NCBI GenBank assembly: GCA_049512935.1
Contig: JBEKWR010000002.1
Span: forward strand, 32,001 to 96,000
DNA: 64,000 nt
Reading direction: 5' to 3'
Source of the DNA: Candidatus Bathyarchaeia archaeon
GTDB taxonomy: Archaea > Thermoproteota > Bathyarchaeia > Bathyarchaeales > Bathycorpusculaceae
The translations under genes and the position numbers were made by a program. Positions 55,605 to 64,000 of the stretch are shown here, piece by piece (within the stretch, counting starts at the first letter, position 1; every line of letters starts with the position of its first letter). The notes beneath the pieces are model-generated. The model searched no databases, had not been told where the DNA came from, and saw only the letters and a list, made by a program, of their open reading frames with translations.

Positions 55605-57364
55605 GGCAATTGCTTCCTTAGGACAGGACTAATATCCTTCTTGATTGGTTTCACAATTCTTATCATTGCTCTCCAAGCTTTCTTACGTTTGTCTCGAGAA
55701 AGAATGAACTTAGCTATTTCGAACTTCGACCATTCGCGCCAATAAATTTCTGTTGGACTCAGACCGGCAACGTCGGAAGCGGAACTTATGCAGCCCTTTA
55801 GAATAGCTTGAACATAGTTGAGCTCAAGTTCTGAGTCTGCATCTTCAATCATAGCCGCGAGATTCGTCAGAGCCTCTCGTAGCGCTACCATACGTTCATG
55901 CCAAGGGAAAGTGGAGTCGCTCGTTGAAGATTTGAAAAGGTCAGTTGTTTGGGCCCTTGACAGTTCACTATCCGTGTTTTCGAAATCTCTTTTTCCAGAT
56001 AGGAGGGCAAGATATTGGTCGAAGGACCATTTTTTTTCCAATGTCGAGTCATCGCATACATCAAATGGACATTCTATGGGAACCCAATCTGCTTCAAAAC
56101 CAATCTCGACGATCGGATTTCTGGGCAATGTCGCCACTGCCCTTTCTGACCCGAATTTTGGGTCCGACAGATTGATTCCCTGGGCAGGATTGACTTCAGT
56201 CCCCGCAAGTGAAACGACAGTGTCTTCGATATTGTGTGGTACAATCCATTTAGGAATTAGTCTCTGAGCTGAAGGCTCGTATCGTATAGACTCTAAAGAT
56301 ATCCAGCGCTTAATTCGTGGTTTTGCTTGTGGTTTGATAAAATTACACTCTTTGAAGCTTACTTCTTTTGCCTTGGGCAAGAAATCCATCGGAAGCGACG
56401 GAGATGTATATTTCAATTGCCAAGCCAGTTCAACGTTGCCAGACTGAGTCCACTTTCGTAACATGGCGGCAGTCGTCGCATTCGGAGACCCTCCCAGCAT
56501 TTGCCAGGTACCCTCTGTGTATACAGCCTGCAGTTTAGCGTGGAGTGGTCTGGAATTCTCTCCGCCTACACGAAAAACTTTGATATGCACCCTATCTTTT
56601 AGGCCAGCGAAAGTAGACCAGCTACCAAAAACTCGACCATCCGGTGCTCCCTGCAGATAGATGTTAAGAGAGGCGGTCTTTGAGTAGGAGTGCTCGACTA
56701 GATGCGAAAAGTAGCCCTCGTCCTCCTGGTTCGCTTCGTCCTCAGCCTGATCGGTAAAGGGTGCGATAACATGAGCACGCGTCCAAGATCCACTCCAATT
56801 CCATTGCTCCCAAATCGAAGCGGTTTCTGAACTTGCAATAATTTGATCATTAATGCGAGGCGGAACATTCCCGAAGTGTTTCTTCGAATACCAAGCTCCA
56901 AATTTTGTGCTTGATCCGATACTTCCAAGTGGAAATGCCCAGCGTTCTATCGCATCCGGAAGCACCCAACCATCCCATTCGAAATATGAGAAGACCTCAA
57001 GATTCTTCTCCCAGCCACTAGGCGTCAAGTTTCCACTCCCGATGAACAATGCAGTCTTGTAGAGCTTTGAATCCTTGTTACGAAGCATTAGTGCAATTAC
57101 TTTGGGATGCCATAGGTTAGTCCCTGGATATTTGCAAACATCGTAACCTGCACCCTGACCATGGAAGTTATCTCCATCAACTATGACAGTAACTAGAAAA
57201 TGTCCCTTCAATTGGCCATGACCGCAAAGAATTCCATCAAGAACTTCGGTTTCAAAAAATGACCTGCGAAAAGTATATGTACAAAACAGTGCAGCTTGGA
57301 TTCTGCAATCCCCTATGGCTTGCACTATTTCGCTCCCCAGATTACTATAGCGGATTTTACTCAC
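55601..57364 (-). CDS. Phospholipase D-family nuclease-like protein with two HxK motifs
   Basis: CTYTF, WHPKV...GSGNLT and LHAKL...GSPNAT. Confidence 0.82.
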   Translation of the reverse strand: MSKIRYSNLGSEIVQAIGDCRIQAALFCTYTFRRSFFETEVLDGILCGHGQLKGHFLVTVIVDGDNFHGQGAGYDVCKYPGTNLWHPKVIALMLRNKDSKLYKTALFIGSGNLTPSGWEKNLEVFSYFEWDGWVLPDAIERWAFPLGSIGSSTKFGAWYSKKHFGNVPPRINDQIIASSETASIWEQWNWSGSWTRAHVIAPFTDQAEDEANQEDEGYFSHLVEHSYSKTASLNIYLQGAPDGRVFGSWSTFAGLKDRVHIKVFRVGGENSRPLHAKLQAVYTEGTWQMLGGSPNATTAAMLRKWTQSGNVELAWQLKYTSPSLPMDFLPKAKEVSFKECNFIKPQAKPRIKRWISLESIRYEPSAQRLIPKWIVPHNIEDTVVSLAGTEVNPAQGINLSDPKFGSERAVATLPRNPIVEIGFEADWVPIECPFDVCDDSTLEKKWSFDQYLALLSGKRDFENTDSELSRAQTTDLFKSSTSDSTFPWHERMVALREALTNLAAMIEDADSELELNYVQAILKGCISSASDVAGLSPTEIYWREWSKFEIAKFILSRDKRKKAWRAMIRIVKPIKKDISPVLRKQLP

Positions 57365-58440
57365 AGCAAATCATTCCGCTTCATCATCCTGACAGCATTC
57401 GACCATCGGCAGTCACCGAGGGTGCTTTCGGAACGGCTTCCGTTATACTGATGTGTATACAGCTTACCGTCTGAAAAGCTTAACCATAGATCCGACTCTC
57501 CCCTTCGCCTTGCTCTAAACTCTGTTTCATGCCAATCGCAAAGCTCCCGAAGAGTCGGAGGTCGGGAAGCAAAGGCTCGTACTGAATCCCAACGAGTTCC
57601 CATTAAATCTTTAGGTGGCAACATCTTGAGTACGGGCCATGAGTCAATGGAAGATTTTCCATCGAATACGACAGAATTGAATACCTTGCGTACTTCATGA
57701 GACCATCTGCAGAATTCATGGGCAAATGACGATATTGGGCCGTAGCTTCCAAGCAGAGGAGCAGCATCATTCCACGCCTCTTTCTCGGACCAATTCAACC
57801 TCTCCATCGCACAGTATAGCTCCGGCATCTTAAGCTTGAGTCTCTCATGAAACTTTCGCCGGAAGCTCGCAAGATTCGCAGAGCACACCTGCTCGAAAGA
57901 TACTCGCCACTGACTCCAGTCTCCATTCGAGAGCCTAGGCGGCTTGTTTGCCCCCTCAGTCCAAACTAAGGCAGAATCTGTTAACATAATTCTCTCTCGC
58001 TCGACAATATCTAGACTTCTGAAAGGTTGCAAGTGTACGCCCAACAAACCCTGCGAACGTTGGTTATGCAGTACTGGGCGGTAAGGTTTTTTTTGAGGGG
58101 CATCTTCCTCGTCTGATTGTCTACGTGACAGTTCGATTCCATCAAAGCTTTTTTCGTCGTGCATTTTTGGGAACTTAGCCCATGTAAGCTTGAGGCATCT
58201 CTCCCACGAGAGAAAATTTCTTACAGCGTCTGGATCATTCTTAAAAGGAATCGTAGACCATCTTAGTAGAATTAGTGTCCAGAAAGCGTCTTTGACAGAA
58301 ATTGTCCTTCCAGTAAGGCAGGGAACAAGTCTATTACTGAGTTCTTCCCTCATTGCGTCGAGTCCTAGCGGATCTGGCGGATTGTTGTTTCGCTCGGGGG
58401 TCGTCCAGAATAAATTAGCCAATCGAACACTAGCGGTCAT
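57361..58440 (-). CDS. DPLGL-motif protein (DUF6361-like N-terminus), first gene of the defence-like operon
   Basis: W..P....DPLGL..R..LS..LVP.LT..T pattern; 4-nt overlap with the PLD gene. Confidence 0.62.
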   Translation of the reverse strand: MTASVRLANLFWTTPERNNNPPDPLGLDAMREELSNRLVPCLTGRTISVKDAFWTLILLRWSTIPFKNDPDAVRNFLSWERCLKLTWAKFPKMHDEKSFDGIELSRRQSDEEDAPQKKPYRPVLHNQRSQGLLGVHLQPFRSLDIVERERIMLTDSALVWTEGANKPPRLSNGDWSQWRVSFEQVCSANLASFRRKFHERLKLKMPELYCAMERLNWSEKEAWNDAAPLLGSYGPISSFAHEFCRWSHEVRKVFNSVVFDGKSSIDSWPVLKMLPPKDLMGTRWDSVRAFASRPPTLRELCDWHETEFRARRRGESDLWLSFSDGKLYTHQYNGSRSESTLGDCRWSNAVRMMKRNDLL

Positions 58441-58494
58441 GACTTATTCTTAGCCCTTTTATCTGATTAAACTTGTTCTTCGCTTGCTTCAGCT

Positions 58495-58803
58495 TCAAGG
58501 GCTAGTATTTCTATTTTCGGTCTCTATTAACTTCGGTATGAATTCAATGAAGTCTTCTTTTTGTTGGTAGGCAAGCTTCTCATAGCCGTCTATTAGGTTG
58601 TTTATGAGCACTCGGTAGACTCTGGTGACTTCCTTGAGCTTAAACTCAATTATCTCATGCGTGAAAGTGGCGAAGGCGTCTGTTTCTGTTTGGTCGTAGA
58701 TGTAGATGGTGCCTTGCTTTATTTCGCCATGAATAGACTTGGCATTGTCTGGTATCCAAGCGACAGAGAGCGGAATACCCAACCTATCCAAAATTCCTTG
58801 CAT
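58495..58803 (-). CDS. Small hypothetical protein with zincin-like HExxE motif
   Basis: HGEI..GTIYIYD..AFATFTHEIIE. Confidence 0.6.
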   Translation of the reverse strand: MQGILDRLGIPLSVAWIPDNAKSIHGEIKQGTIYIYDQTETDAFATFTHEIIEFKLKEVTRVYRVLINNLIDGYEKLAYQQKEDFIEFIPKLIETENRNTSP

Positions 58804-59237
58804 CCGCTTGATGACATTTTCTTTTGCCGCGCTATTATCAAATTATCTTTCTTTATTTTCCATGTGGAAATTCTGTTATCAGGGTTTTGAACTCTTTGCA
58901 TGAGCGTAATTTTCGTTGAGAAAATATCTTTTAACAAAAAATTATTTTTTGTTAATTTTGTTATGATCGCTATTTAGCTGTTTTTCGCAAAAAGTTAGAA
59001 AAATCTAAACTTTTCACAATTTAATATGACCATGTTGAGCTTAAAATTGTAAAAACGGCTCAAATTGCGTTCATCAATGGTAAAAGCATTCTAACTTTTC
59101 ATGGAGCATTTAGTGTTAAACTAGGCTTAACTCATGCGATAAACAGGCTATTACACTGTTATTGCTTGCCACTTCAAGCCTTCAATTGCTTTAGCGCTTA
59201 TATCGGCGCAGACTGCGAGTTTCACAGTTACTCTGCA

Positions 59238-60026
59238 CTAAAGCTCTATTATGTCATAATCATTTGGGATTATGGTTTCACCCGAAAACCGGCTTGATGC
59301 TTCATCGAGTATTTCCTTTTCGGTTCCGTAAAGCAGATGGACAAGAACAAGTCTTTTGGCGCCTGATTTCTGCGCTAAATCAGCAGCCTCTCTAGCGGTA
59401 GAATGCTTTGTCAGCTCAGCAAGGCCATGCATTTTCTCGGTGCAAAAAGCTTCATGGATAAGAACATCAACGTCCTCGACCAAATCGCTCAAACCTTCAA
59501 AAGGTCGAGTATCCGGAACATATGCAATTGAAAACGAGGGATTTGCCATGTCAATTCGGTATCCGTATGCTGGAACCACATGCTGAAGAGGGATCGGTCG
59601 CAAAAGGGCATCTTTGTTTAATTGAATAACCGGTTGCTTTGCGATATCCTGATTGGTTATCTTGGTCATCTTCTCTAATTCGCTCAACTGGTAAGGAAAA
59701 AGGGTCTTGGTAATTTGCAATGTTTGGCTGTATACGACGCTATCAGCAAGTACATTGATTATCGAAGGAATTGGCTTTTGAGACACTATAGCTGTCCAAA
59801 ATGCATGGTAATACAAAGGTACCCCGAAGGTGTGGTCTCCATGAAGATGACTCAGGAATAGATAGTCGATTTTTTCAATCTCGTAGCCGAGCTTTGTCAG
59901 CCTAAGTGTAACGCTCCCACAGCACTCAGTTAGCAAACGTAATTTATCTGAAAAATCAATCAAGAAATTGGTGCTTTCTCTATGCAAAGGGAAGGTGTTG
60001 GTCCCAATAATTGCAATTTTGGGCAA
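59238..60026 (-). CDS. Metallo-beta-lactamase hydrolase, RNase Z-like
   Basis: SHLHGDH, H..PAYGYR, PDT, LIHEA, HST and LVLVH; GAGGT SD. Confidence 0.88.
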   Translation of the reverse strand: MPKIAIIGTNTFPLHRESTNFLIDFSDKLRLLTECCGSVTLRLTKLGYEIEKIDYLFLSHLHGDHTFGVPLYYHAFWTAIVSQKPIPSIINVLADSVVYSQTLQITKTLFPYQLSELEKMTKITNQDIAKQPVIQLNKDALLRPIPLQHVVPAYGYRIDMANPSFSIAYVPDTRPFEGLSDLVEDVDVLIHEAFCTEKMHGLAELTKHSTAREAADLAQKSGAKRLVLVHLLYGTEKEILDEASSRFSGETIIPNDYDIIEL

Positions 60027-60146
60027 TCTATAACCTCATTTGAGGTTAGAGCTCCTTATATTAAAGGTATTCTCAGGAGTCAAATATGCACTTGAGTTGT
60101 TTTAATCTTTCACACCGCAGAAAACCTAACAGTTTCATCCTTGAAT

Positions 60147-61352
60147 TTACTTCTTCTTTCGATGGCAGATTTCTTTGACGGTTTTCTCGGGCAGATTATC
60201 GCCAAACGAATCCTTCGGGACGTACTTGATTTTGAAGTATCTCAGAGATTCTTGATAGTGTTCTCTCTCAATCACTCTAATCAAGCGTTCGTATGTCACC
60301 TTTCTGCAGATTTCGTTCTCCGAGTTGTTTACGAGAACGAACTTTCGGTCTCCTCCATCCTCTTTATTCAGGTCCATGACTGCATGTCCAGTAGTTCCCG
60401 AGCCGGCAAAGAAATCCAAAACTAACGCATGCTTCCCCCCTGCTACCCGAACAAGCTCCTTCACGAGCTTCATAGGCTTCGGAGTCCGAAACATGTCTCT
60501 TCTCCCCAGAATCTCCTCGAGCTCGTCCTTGGCGGATGATGTTGTCCCCAGTCCCTTCAGTATCGTTTCCATGTGGGTCGGAGTCTCTGCATACTCTTCA
60601 CCGCTCCTAGGTGAAGGCATCATCATCGAGCTGAAGTTCGTCTTGTTTTTGTCCTTGAAACAAGCAAAGATGTTCTCATGCACGGTTTTGATGTTGTGAA
60701 AGGGCCTTTCCACACGATTCTGATCAAACTTGGGATCAGTCTTGGGCCAAACTAGAACTACCACGTTGGCTTCGCCAAAAATAGTTTGACATAAGAGGAG
60801 CAGAGTGCCTGTTTCATGTTCGTCAATATGAATGAACATTACACCATTTTCTGACAAAAGGCCATATGCAGCACGGATTCTCTTGTCCATGAAGCTGAGC
60901 CACTTACTATGAACGTATGCGTCGCCAGCGTCTGCATAGTCATAATCATCGTAGTTCAAGGATTCCATCCCTGTATTATATGGGGGGTCGATGTAGATTA
61001 CGTCTACTTTCCCAGCGTAAGACTTTGATAGATGTCTGAGGGCCGCGAGATTCTCCCCTTCTATCAAGAGGTTTGATCTCTTGCCATTGTTGATCGCCAG
61101 TTTCCTCATTTCCGCCAGCTTGATGTCGTTCTTATCCAATAGTTTCTCTATTCCCTCTAAATGCTCTTCGAAGGTAAGGCCGTACCCAGTCTCGACTAAT
61201 GCCCGTCTCACGTCGTCCAGATAACGCAGTAGAGTAGGATTTCCCGAGGCCTTCTCGACGAACCGCCTCACAGCAGATATATGTCTCAGAAGTTCGTCGT
61301 TTCGCCTTCTCGAGACATTTGCGTTACCAGGCGCATGCTTCTTTTTACTCAT
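60147..61352 (-). CDS. Type III Mod-like beta-class DNA methyltransferase with short TRD
   Basis: NLLIEGENL, IYIDPPYNTG, HSKWLSFM, TPKP and LDFFAGSGTTGHAV. Confidence 0.9.
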   Translation of the reverse strand: MSKKKHAPGNANVSRRRNDELLRHISAVRRFVEKASGNPTLLRYLDDVRRALVETGYGLTFEEHLEGIEKLLDKNDIKLAEMRKLAINNGKRSNLLIEGENLAALRHLSKSYAGKVDVIYIDPPYNTGMESLNYDDYDYADAGDAYVHSKWLSFMDKRIRAAYGLLSENGVMFIHIDEHETGTLLLLCQTIFGEANVVVLVWPKTDPKFDQNRVERPFHNIKTVHENIFACFKDKNKTNFSSMMMPSPRSGEEYAETPTHMETILKGLGTTSSAKDELEEILGRRDMFRTPKPMKLVKELVRVAGGKHALVLDFFAGSGTTGHAVMDLNKEDGGDRKFVLVNNSENEICRKVTYERLIRVIEREHYQESLRYFKIKYVPKDSFGDNLPEKTVKEICHRKKK

Positions 61353-61360
61353 AGTGTCAC

Positions 61361-63133
61361 CTACGATCTAGTCAGCCTTGTGTGTGACCTCGAAAACGCA
61401 TGATCTGCGATTGAAACGTTCTTTGGCACTTCCAGGACTGCTAAATTAGGGCAGTTATAAAATGCCCAATCTTCGATTTGAATAACACTTCTAGGGATTT
61501 TGGCTTTCTCTAGTCGTACGCAATTGGCGAAGGCTCCTTTTCCTATGAGCGCGACTCTATCAGGGAGGGTGGCGGACCTAAGATTGCCACACCCGAAGAA
61601 TGCGTTCCGTCCTATTGTTCTAACGGTGCCAGGTATCACGAATTCCTCTTCAGGGTTACGCATTGAGTAGTAAACTAGCTTGGTCTTGGATCTGTTATAC
61701 AACACTCCGTTTTCATAGACAAAGTTAGGACTATTGTTGGTTAGTGACAGGGATGGACAGTTGGCAAAGGGGTTGTAGCCGATGACCTCAAGGGTGCTGG
61801 GAAGGGTCACGTTCGACAGGTTAACACAGCCAAAGAATGAATGCCTCTGAATGGTAGTGACCCCCTCTGGAATGGCGAAGGATTTGGAAGAACTGTTAAT
61901 TGCAAAATAGAAGATTGACGTCCTATTTTTATCGTACAACGCGTCGTTCTCGAAAACGAAGTAAGGGCTGTTGTTCACCAAACTCAAAGATGGGCAACTT
62001 GAGAATGGGTTATTCTCCACTATCGCTACACTGGGTGGAATTGTTATCTTCCGAAGGGCAGAACAACCATGGATTGCATGCTTACCTATGCTGATAATAC
62101 TATCAGGAATCTCAAAGACGCTAGCGGTGTTACTCATCGAGTAGTATATCAACCGGGTTTTCGTCCGGTCGTATAGCGCCCCATCCTCTAGAATGAAGTC
62201 CGGGCTCTCATTCTTTAGGATTAAAGCCGGGCAATTGCTGAATGGATTGTCCCCTATTACTGAAATATGCCGTGGAATAGTTAGGTTGACTAAATTGGTG
62301 CAATCGGAGAAGGTCTCACCGCCTAGGTTTGTAACGGTGTCTGGTATTGTTACCTTCATAATTTCAGGGCGGTCCCAGAAAACTCCATTTCTCAGTTTCT
62401 TCACGCCTTTCGAAATTGCTACTAGTTTCCCGTTACCGAGATATCTAATCAACTCACCGTTTTCAATCTCAAATTCGGAAGAACCAGAGGTTGCTTTAGC
62501 TCGTGTTGTTTTGTCCTGCTGGTTTGTTTTTTCCACAATAATGGGGTGGTAGGCTTCTATCTCTTCCTCGAATAATCCTGTAGTGCTTGAAACTGCTCTG
62601 CCTTTCAGAGCGTGGTCGGGTTTTGCGCAATTGCCTGCTGTGAGGGGGAACATTGTGTATCCGTAATCGATCAATCCGGACCTTAGTGTTGATGCATATA
62701 CACATAGGAATTGGAACTGCTTGTTTTCACTTGCTGGCAGGACAGGCCGGCTCTGGAGTACCTTAACGGCCTCGACTTCTTTGTCATATTCCTTGTCGTC
62801 CCATCGTCTACACCTTATTGCAATCAGCCAGTCGTCGGGTTCAGCCTTGATCGCAATATCACACTCATTGGTAAATCCCATATACAGGCTGCTAGGGCGA
62901 TAACCCTTTAACAATAGCCTGTCAGCACATTCGACGATGACGTAGTTTCTTTGGGTGAACCTTGCGAATGCGATATCACCCAGTCGTATCTTATCCCCGT
63001 AATCAATGAGTTCTTTAGCTAGGTCCACCTTGATTGTGTATTGGCCAGGATACCTCTTTTGATATACATTCTGAGAGACTTCGCGGTATCCGAGCTTCCA
63101 GAAGTAGTTTAGGGGATTCAGGATGTCTGTCAT
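61361..63133 (-). CDS. Fusion of an RM-type endonuclease-like N-terminal domain and BspA-type (LRR_5) repeats
   Basis: N-terminus VDLAKELIDY..NYVIVECADRLLLKGY..CDIAI..IRCR..FLCVYAS; C-terminal repeats IPxxVxxIGxxAFxxCxxL and FxxExGxLYxxxKTxL. Confidence 0.78.
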   Translation of the reverse strand: MTDILNPLNYFWKLGYREVSQNVYQKRYPGQYTIKVDLAKELIDYGDKIRLGDIAFARFTQRNYVIVECADRLLLKGYRPSSLYMGFTNECDIAIKAEPDDWLIAIRCRRWDDKEYDKEVEAVKVLQSRPVLPASENKQFQFLCVYASTLRSGLIDYGYTMFPLTAGNCAKPDHALKGRAVSSTTGLFEEEIEAYHPIIVEKTNQQDKTTRAKATSGSSEFEIENGELIRYLGNGKLVAISKGVKKLRNGVFWDRPEIMKVTIPDTVTNLGGETFSDCTNLVNLTIPRHISVIGDNPFSNCPALILKNESPDFILEDGALYDRTKTRLIYYSMSNTASVFEIPDSIISIGKHAIHGCSALRKITIPPSVAIVENNPFSSCPSLSLVNNSPYFVFENDALYDKNRTSIFYFAINSSSKSFAIPEGVTTIQRHSFFGCVNLSNVTLPSTLEVIGYNPFANCPSLSLTNNSPNFVYENGVLYNRSKTKLVYYSMRNPEEEFVIPGTVRTIGRNAFFGCGNLRSATLPDRVALIGKGAFANCVRLEKAKIPRSVIQIEDWAFYNCPNLAVLEVPKNVSIADHAFSRSHTRLTRS

Positions 63134-63134
63134 G

Positions 63135-63737
63135 TTATGGAGACCTGCTTTGGCTATCTGATTTCAGGATCGGACGCAAGGTTTCCATCATGACTTCCAA
63201 AACTCCCTTCGCACTGAGGCTTGTAGTATCTATTGACTTGTACTTCATCGAGTACCTGATTAGGAAGCCTTCCATCTTCTCCTTGGACTCCTTGTAAAGT
63301 GCTACCTTTCGGAGGTCAGGGTCGCCCGGGTCTCTCTTTCGAAGCCTCTTCATACCTGCGTCTTCGCTGGCCCAGAGGAGGAAGGTGTAGTCTGGCTTGC
63401 CAATTAAGCCGATCAAGCATTGATAGATGGGTTCGGTCTTCTCCCCTCCGCACCAGAAGTAGTTTGACAGCAGATGTCTGTCAGTAATGATGTTCTCTCC
63501 GGCGAACTTGTGGTACAAGTATACGTTTCCAAGTCCGTAGAACCATGCTCTTAGGGCATCATCGTCTACCTGCTGATTGATGTAGTCTCTAATCCTGATG
63601 TAGTTTGTAAAACCTCCGTCAGGATCAAAGACGTAGTGCAGGGGCTTCTCGACGAATTTGAAGTTCAATTTCTCTGCCAGTTTCTTGGCTGCGGTGGTTT
63701 TCCCGACGCCGTCCATTCCCTCTATTGCTATGTGCAT
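63135..63737 (-). CDS. Thymidylate/deoxynucleoside-monophosphate kinase-like P-loop protein
   Basis: IAIEGMDGVGKTT, IITDR, KPD and RLRKRD lid; GGAGG SD before ATG 63737. Confidence 0.85.
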   Translation of the reverse strand: MHIAIEGMDGVGKTTAAKKLAEKLNFKFVEKPLHYVFDPDGGFTNYIRIRDYINQQVDDDALRAWFYGLGNVYLYHKFAGENIITDRHLLSNYFWCGGEKTEPIYQCLIGLIGKPDYTFLLWASEDAGMKRLRKRDPGDPDLRKVALYKESKEKMEGFLIRYSMKYKSIDTTSLSAKGVLEVMMETLRPILKSDSQSRSP

Positions 63738-63747
63738 CAAATTCCTC

Positions 63748-64000
63748 CTACCAATCAAGGTGCGAAGTTGGATTAGGCCTTCTATGCGCGACCTCCGCTT
63801 TCTTGCCCGCGGTGAAGAAGCTAAGGTCTTCCAGATAGCCTGAAACTCGTCTCACCCGATATATGTCATTGCTGCCGCAACTCGGGCAATTGTCGAAGGT
63901 CCCAGTGAGGTTACATTTCAAGCATGTATCTAATGGAAAATTGATTCCGAGGTAGCTGACCCCGTAACTTATGGCAGCCTCGATGGTCTCAATAACCGCC
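63748..64000 (-). CDS. nrdD: Anaerobic (class III) ribonucleoside-triphosphate reductase, C-terminal part (not in ORF track)
   Basis: Manual translation YLGINFPLDTCLKC..CPSCGSNDIYRVRRVSGYL..FTAGKKAEVAHR shows the Zn site and the glycyl-radical loop. Confidence 0.9.
   Translation of the reverse strand, partial: AVIETIEAAISYGVSYLGINFPLDTCLKCNLTGTFDNCPSCGSNDIYRVRRVSGYLEDLSFFTAGKKAEVAHRRPNPTSHLDW

Larger units (their letters stand above)
50865..64000. mobile_element. Accessory/defence island (no integrase seen; right boundary beyond the window)
   Basis: Abrupt switch from housekeeping genes to TA-like, PLD-helicase, MTase and bacterial-style LRR genes. Confidence 0.55.

Noticed and set aside
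60147-61352. Complete type III restriction-modification system
   Set aside because: No res gene is adjacent; the helicase at 53496 is SNF2-like and belongs to a separate coupled operon.

Overview
Archaeal chromosomal DNA, most plausibly a Bathyarchaeia-like TACK archaeon. This is an inference from archaeal-type PheRS, uS12/uS7, P1 stalk protein, GAGGTGA Shine-Dalgarno sites, many TTG/GTG starts and BHB-intron tRNA. Bases 1-50 kb are mostly housekeeping: pheST, rps12-rps7, DRG GTPase, ino1, PGI/PMI, SPOUT MTase, tag, a GxGD protease, rpl12, three ABC-2 exporter pairs, a radical SAM protein and a complete pstSCAB-phoU locus. Interspersed are five type II toxin-antitoxin loci, tRNA-Ala(GGC) and a two-intron tRNA-Trp(CCA). 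From about 50.8 kb to the end lies an accessory/defence island: a wHTH + DUF6036-like nucleotidyltransferase pair, a coupled DPLGL-protein/PLD/SF2-helicase triplet (Azaca-like), an MBL hydrolase, and a tightly packed nrdD / dNMP-kinase / restriction-domain-LRR fusion / Mod-like methyltransferase operon. Features absent from the ORF track: two paralogous CxxC..C..CPDGTxH microproteins, a translationally coupled mini-antitoxin, a shared CTATATAG motif in the phosphate regulon, a 10-bp phased GGGTC array, tRNA-remnant-bounded TA cassettes and apparent non-canonical start codons. Family assignments come from motif recognition by eye; no database search was run.
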